From NCBI GenBank assembly GCA_038087875.1, contig JAXLNO010000702.1:1-52301 (forward strand): a stretch of DNA of 52,301 nt, given 5' to 3'. Each line of letters starts with the position of its first letter. Position 1 is the stretch's first letter. This document shows, one piece after another, positions 47,631-52,301 of the stretch. Both the position numbers and the translations under genes were made by a program. The notes beneath the pieces are model-generated. The model saw only the letters and a list, made by a program, of their open reading frames with translations, made no database searches and had not been told where the DNA came from. The stretch comes from Malacoraja senta (taxonomy: Eukaryota).

Positions 47631-50232
47631 AACCATATAACCATATAACCATATAACCATAACAGCACGGGAACAGGCCATCTCGGCCCTTCAAGTCCGT
47701 GCCGAACATTTTTTTAATTTTTTTAAAAATTAAAAATAAATACTTCTCCCTAGTCCCATCTACCTGCACTCAGATCATAACCCTCCATTCCTTACCCGTC
47801 CATATACCCATCCAATCTATTGTTAAAAGATAACATCGAACCTGCCTCGACCACTTCCACTGGAAGCTCATTCCACACAGCTACCACTCTCTGAGTAAAG
47901 AAGTTCCCCCTAATGTTCCCCCTAAACTTCTGTCCCTTAATTCTCAAGTCATGTCCCCTTGTTTGAATCTTCCCTACTCTCAATGGGGAAAGCTTATCCA
48001 CGTCCACTCTGTCTAACCCGCTCATAATTTTAAAGACCTCTATCAAGTCCCCTCTTAACCTTCTGCGCTCCAAAGAATAAAGACCTAACTAGTTCAACCT
48101 TTCTCTGTAACTTAGTTGCTGAAACCCAGGCAAAATTCTAGTAAATCTCCTCTGTACTCTCTCTATTTTGTTGACATCCTTCCTATAATTAGGCGACCAA
48201 AATTGTACTCCATACTCCAGAATTGGCCTCACCAATGCCGTGTACAATTTTAACATTACATCCCAACTTCTATATTCAATGCTCTGATTTATATAGGCCA
48301 GCACACCAAAAGCTTTCTTTACCACCCTATCTACATGAGATTCCACCTTCAGGGAACTATGCACAGTTATTCCTAGATCCCTCTGTTCAAATGCATTCCT
48401 CAATTCGCTACCATTTACCGTGTACGTCCTATTTTGATTTGTCCTGCCGAAATGTAGCACCTCACATTTGTCAGCATTAAACTCCATCTGCCATCTTTCA
48501 GCCCACTCTTCCAAATGGCCTAAATCTCTCTGTAGACTTTGAAAATCGACTTCATTATCCACAACACCACCTATATTAGTATCATCTGCATACTTACTAA
48601 TCCAGCTTTCCACACCATCATCCAGATCATTGATGTACATGACAAACAACAGTGGACCCAACACAGACCCCCGAGGCACCCCACTAGTCACCGGCCTCCA
48701 ACCTGACAAACAGCCATCCACCATTACTCTCTGGCATCTCCCATTCAGCCACTGTTGAATCCATCTTGCTACTCCACCATTAATACCCAACAATTGAATC
48801 TTCTTAACCAACCTTCCATGAGGAACCTTGTCAAAGGCCTTACTGAAGTCCATATAGACAACATCCACTGCTTTACCCTCATCAATTTCCCTAGTAACTT
48901 CTTCGAAAAGTTCAAGAAGATTAGTCAAGCATGACCTTCCAGGCACAAATCCATGTTGACTGTTCCTAATCAGACCCTGCTTATCCAGATGCTTATATAT
49001 ATTATCTTTAAGTATCCTTTCCATTAATTTGCCCACCACTGACGTCAAACTAACAGGTCTATAATTGCTAGGTTTACTCTTCGAACCCTTTTTAAACAAC
49101 GGAACAACATGCGCAGTACGCCAATCCTCCGGCACTATTCCCGTTTCTAATGACATTTGAAATATTTCTGTCATAGCCCCTGCTATTTCTACACTAACTT
49201 CCCTCAATGTCCTAGGGAATATCCTGTCAGGACCTGGAGACTTATCCGTTTTCATATTTTTCAAAAGTGTCCGCACCTCCTCTTCTTTGAATCTCACAGT
49301 TTCCATTGCTACTCTGCTCGTTTCCCTTACCTCACATAATTCCATATCCTTCTCCTTCGTGAATACCGAAGAAAAGAAATTGTTCAATATCTCCCCCATC
49401 TCTTTTGGCTCTGCAGATAGCTGTCCACTCTGACTCTCTAATGGACCGATTTTATTCCTTGTTATCCTTTTGCTATTAATATAGCTGTAGAAACTTTCAC
49501 CTTACTTGCCAAAGCAACCTCATATCTTCTTTTAGCTTTTCTAATTTCTTTCTTAATATTCTTTTTATATTCTTTATATTCCTCAAGCACCTCATTTACT
49601 CCATGCTGCCTATAATTATTGTAGATCTCTCTCTTTTTCCGAACCAAGAGTCCAATTTCCCTTGAAAACCATGCCTCTTTCCATTTTTTACTATTTCCTT
49701 TCAACCGAACAGGGACATAAAGATTCTGTACTCTTAAAACTTCACCCTTAAATGTCCTCCATTTTTATTCTACATCCTTCCCATAAAACAACATGTCCCA
49801 ATTCACTCCTTTTAAATCCTTTCGCATCTCCTCAAAGTTAGCCTTTCTCCAAACAAAAATCTCAACCCTAGGTCCAGTTCTGACCCTCTCCATAATTATA
49901 TTGAAACTAATGGTATTGTGATCACTGGACCCGAAGTGCTCCCCGACGCATACCTCCGCCACCTGCCCTGTCTCATTTCCTACCAGGAGGTCCAGCACTG
50001 CCCCTTCTCTAGTAGGTACCTCTATGTATTGCTGCAAAAAACTATCTTGCACACATTTTACAAACTCCAAACCATCCAGCCCTTTTACAGAATGTGTTTC
50101 CCAGTCTATGTGTGGGAAATTGAAATCTCCCACAATCACTACCTTGTGCTTACTACTGATATCTGCTATCTCCTTACATTTTTGCTCTTCCAATTCTCGC
50201 TCCCCATTCGGCGGTCTGTAATACACCCCTAT
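47631..50232 (-). mobile_element. Long CR1 LINE, copy 2
   Basis: ORFs 48089-49399 and 49765-50250; duplicate of 16511-19112. Confidence 0.96.
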
Positions 50233-50409
50233 AAGTGCTGGTGGGTACAAATGCAGGTGGGTACAAAATCCACGGAGGCATGCACAATGCAGAACAACAA
50301 ATCCTAGTGGTGATCAAATCCACGCCGGTACGCACGTAACATACACAATGCAAAATAAGGAATCCTAGTGACATACAAATCCCCACAGGCAGGTACGTAA
50401 CTTACACAA

Positions 50410-50900
50410 TGGTCCCTGGGATGGCGGGACTGTCATATGAGGAAAGATTAAAAAGACTAGGCTTGTATTCACTGGAGTTTAGACGGATGAGAGGGGGGGG
50501 GGATCTTATAGCAACATATAAAATTATAAAAGGACTGGACAAGCTAGATGCAGGAAAAATGTTCCCAATGTTGGCCGAGTCCAGAACCAGGGGCCACAGT
50601 CTTAGAATAAAGGGGAGGTCATTTAAGACTGAGGTGAGAAAACACTTTTTCACCCAGAGAGTTGTGGATTTATGGAATTCCCTGCCACAGAGGGCAGTGG
50701 GGGCCAAGTCACTGGATGGATTTAAGAGAGAGTTAGATAGAGCTCTAGGGGCTAGTGGAGTCAAGGGATATGGGGAGAAGGCAGGCACGGTTTATTGAAT
50801 GGGGACGATCAGCCATGATCACAATGAATGGCGGTGCTGGTTCGAAGGGCCGAATGGCCTCCTCCTGCACCTATTTTCTATGTTTCTATGTTTCTATATT
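50410..50900 (+). mobile_element. CR1 3' fragment, copy 2
   Basis: Duplicate of 19290-19780. Confidence 0.94.
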
Positions 50901-51436
50901 TCTAATGTTACTCACGTTTATCTCAGCTTCGGTTGCGCTCTTCCCTCACAAGTGCTAGTGGCAGAGAAGACTCAATGGAAGGAAAACCCTCACCTTTTAT
51001 TATCTGTCGGCTGAGTCGTCTATCACTAGAGATTTGTTCTCAAGAATCCAAGTTAGTTGAGGAGATCATCGATCTCGGCGGAACCTCCAACGCTGTTGGA
51101 ATAATTTTATAATGTTTTGCAACACTTTGGAGGGGAGTGCAAGGGCGGAGGAGGCGGGCAGCGACATGTGCAGTGCTATTGGAGAGATAGGGAGGGAGGG
51201 GAGAGAGAAAACCTGCTGAGTTACTCCAGCACGTTGCGCCTTTCCTTGATAACCAGCATCTGCAGTTCCTTGTATGCGCGGGTTGTCGGCGTGGCTGAGG
51301 TGGTGACCAGCGATTGGATGGGTCGGCTGGTGGGTGGGTGAGAGCTGAACATAAAAGCGTGGCCGAGTCCCGAGGATGCTCATCGTTTCCCCAGCGTCTG
51401 ACAGGAGTCTTGTGGAGCGCTGTCACCTCGGGTACC

Positions 51437-52007
51437 ATGGGTAAAATCGTCCTGTCCGACCAACCAAACTTCAACGGGGATGCCAAGGAGTTTGTGAGGA
51501 ATGTGCCGAACCTGTCCAAGTTGTTGTTCGACAACGCTGCCGTCGGCGCGGGTGGAGGGCCAGCACTGGGTCGCCTACACGGATGCCGACTACAGGGGCG
51601 AGTTCATTATCTTCGGGCCCGGCGACCACAAAACCCTGGGCCCTAATTTCAACCATAGGCTTAGCTCGCTGCGGCTGGTTGAAGAGGACCTGCTGAACCC
51701 GGAGATCGATCTGTACGAGCATGTGGACTACGTTGGACAGCACCGCGAAATCACGGAGAAGCTTGATGACCTGCGGAGAGCCGACTTCAATAACCTGGTC
51801 TCATCTCACATAGTGAAGCAGGGCGTGTGGATCCTCCATATGGGGCTCCACCAGACCGGGCGGCGCCTCATCACCTTCAAGGGCGACAAGTGGCCCAACT
51901 ACTGCTACTACGGATGGAACGACAGACTCTCCTCGCTCCACCCTCTGGTCAACAGCTACACTGAGGTGGGAGACAATCCCAGCGTGAGGACCCAGCGAAC
52001 TGGGTAG
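51437..52007 (+). pseudogene. Four-Greek-key beta/gamma-crystallin (EDSP/ep37-like) gene, copy 2, same frameshift at ~51542
   Basis: Matches 20317-20887, including GCC-G-TCG; AATAAA at 52214-52219. Confidence 0.88.
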
Positions 52008-52301
52008 TGAGCCTGGTCCAGCGGAGCCTCGTCCAGCGGAGCCTGGTCCAGGCGCCTCAGCTGCAACTCCTGCCCGACGACCAGCTCCCCGCTCCCCTCT
52101 CCCAGCTCCCCCTCCCCTCATCCCAGCTCCCCCTCCCCTCATCCAAGCCCCCCCTCCCCTCCTCCCCCCCCCGAGCCAGTGTCCCGTCGCTTTACAGCTC
52201 ATATAAAGAATGAAATAAAATTCTGACCTCAATGCAAAATGCCTCCAGTTGTTTGTTGAGTAAATGGGGACGAGGTTGGCGGGGAGTGGGTCGAATAGAC
52301 A

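Overview
Repeat-rich vertebrate genomic DNA. HE1-like V-SINEs and abundant CR1/HER1-type LINEs point to a cartilaginous fish, probably a skate or ray (inference). The window is a near-identical head-to-tail segmental duplication: copy 1 is 1-29807; copy 2 starts at 29808, is cut by the window end, and matches copy-1 positions 1-21180. The only host-gene sequence is a family of intronless, non-lens beta/gamma-crystallin genes resembling EDSP/ep37. Each copy has a four-Greek-key gene (20317-20887; 51437-52007) with promoter motifs, Kozak ATG and polyA site but one frameshift after codon 35. Each copy also has an older paralog fragment (6755-7096; 36561-36902) and an orphan 3'UTR/polyA (15585-15905). 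Between these lies a nested ~2-3 kb macro-repeat built from a 66-bp Penelope-terminus satellite, CA microsatellite, a ~580-bp core and an 8-bp minisatellite that looks like an expanded CR1 tail. Also present are Penelope-like (GIY-YIG) insertions with minimal hammerhead ribozyme motifs, an AT-rich Crack/L2-group LINE, Rex1/Babar and Vingi-like ends, and a possible very decayed DIRS element. No clearly intact host protein-coding gene was found.
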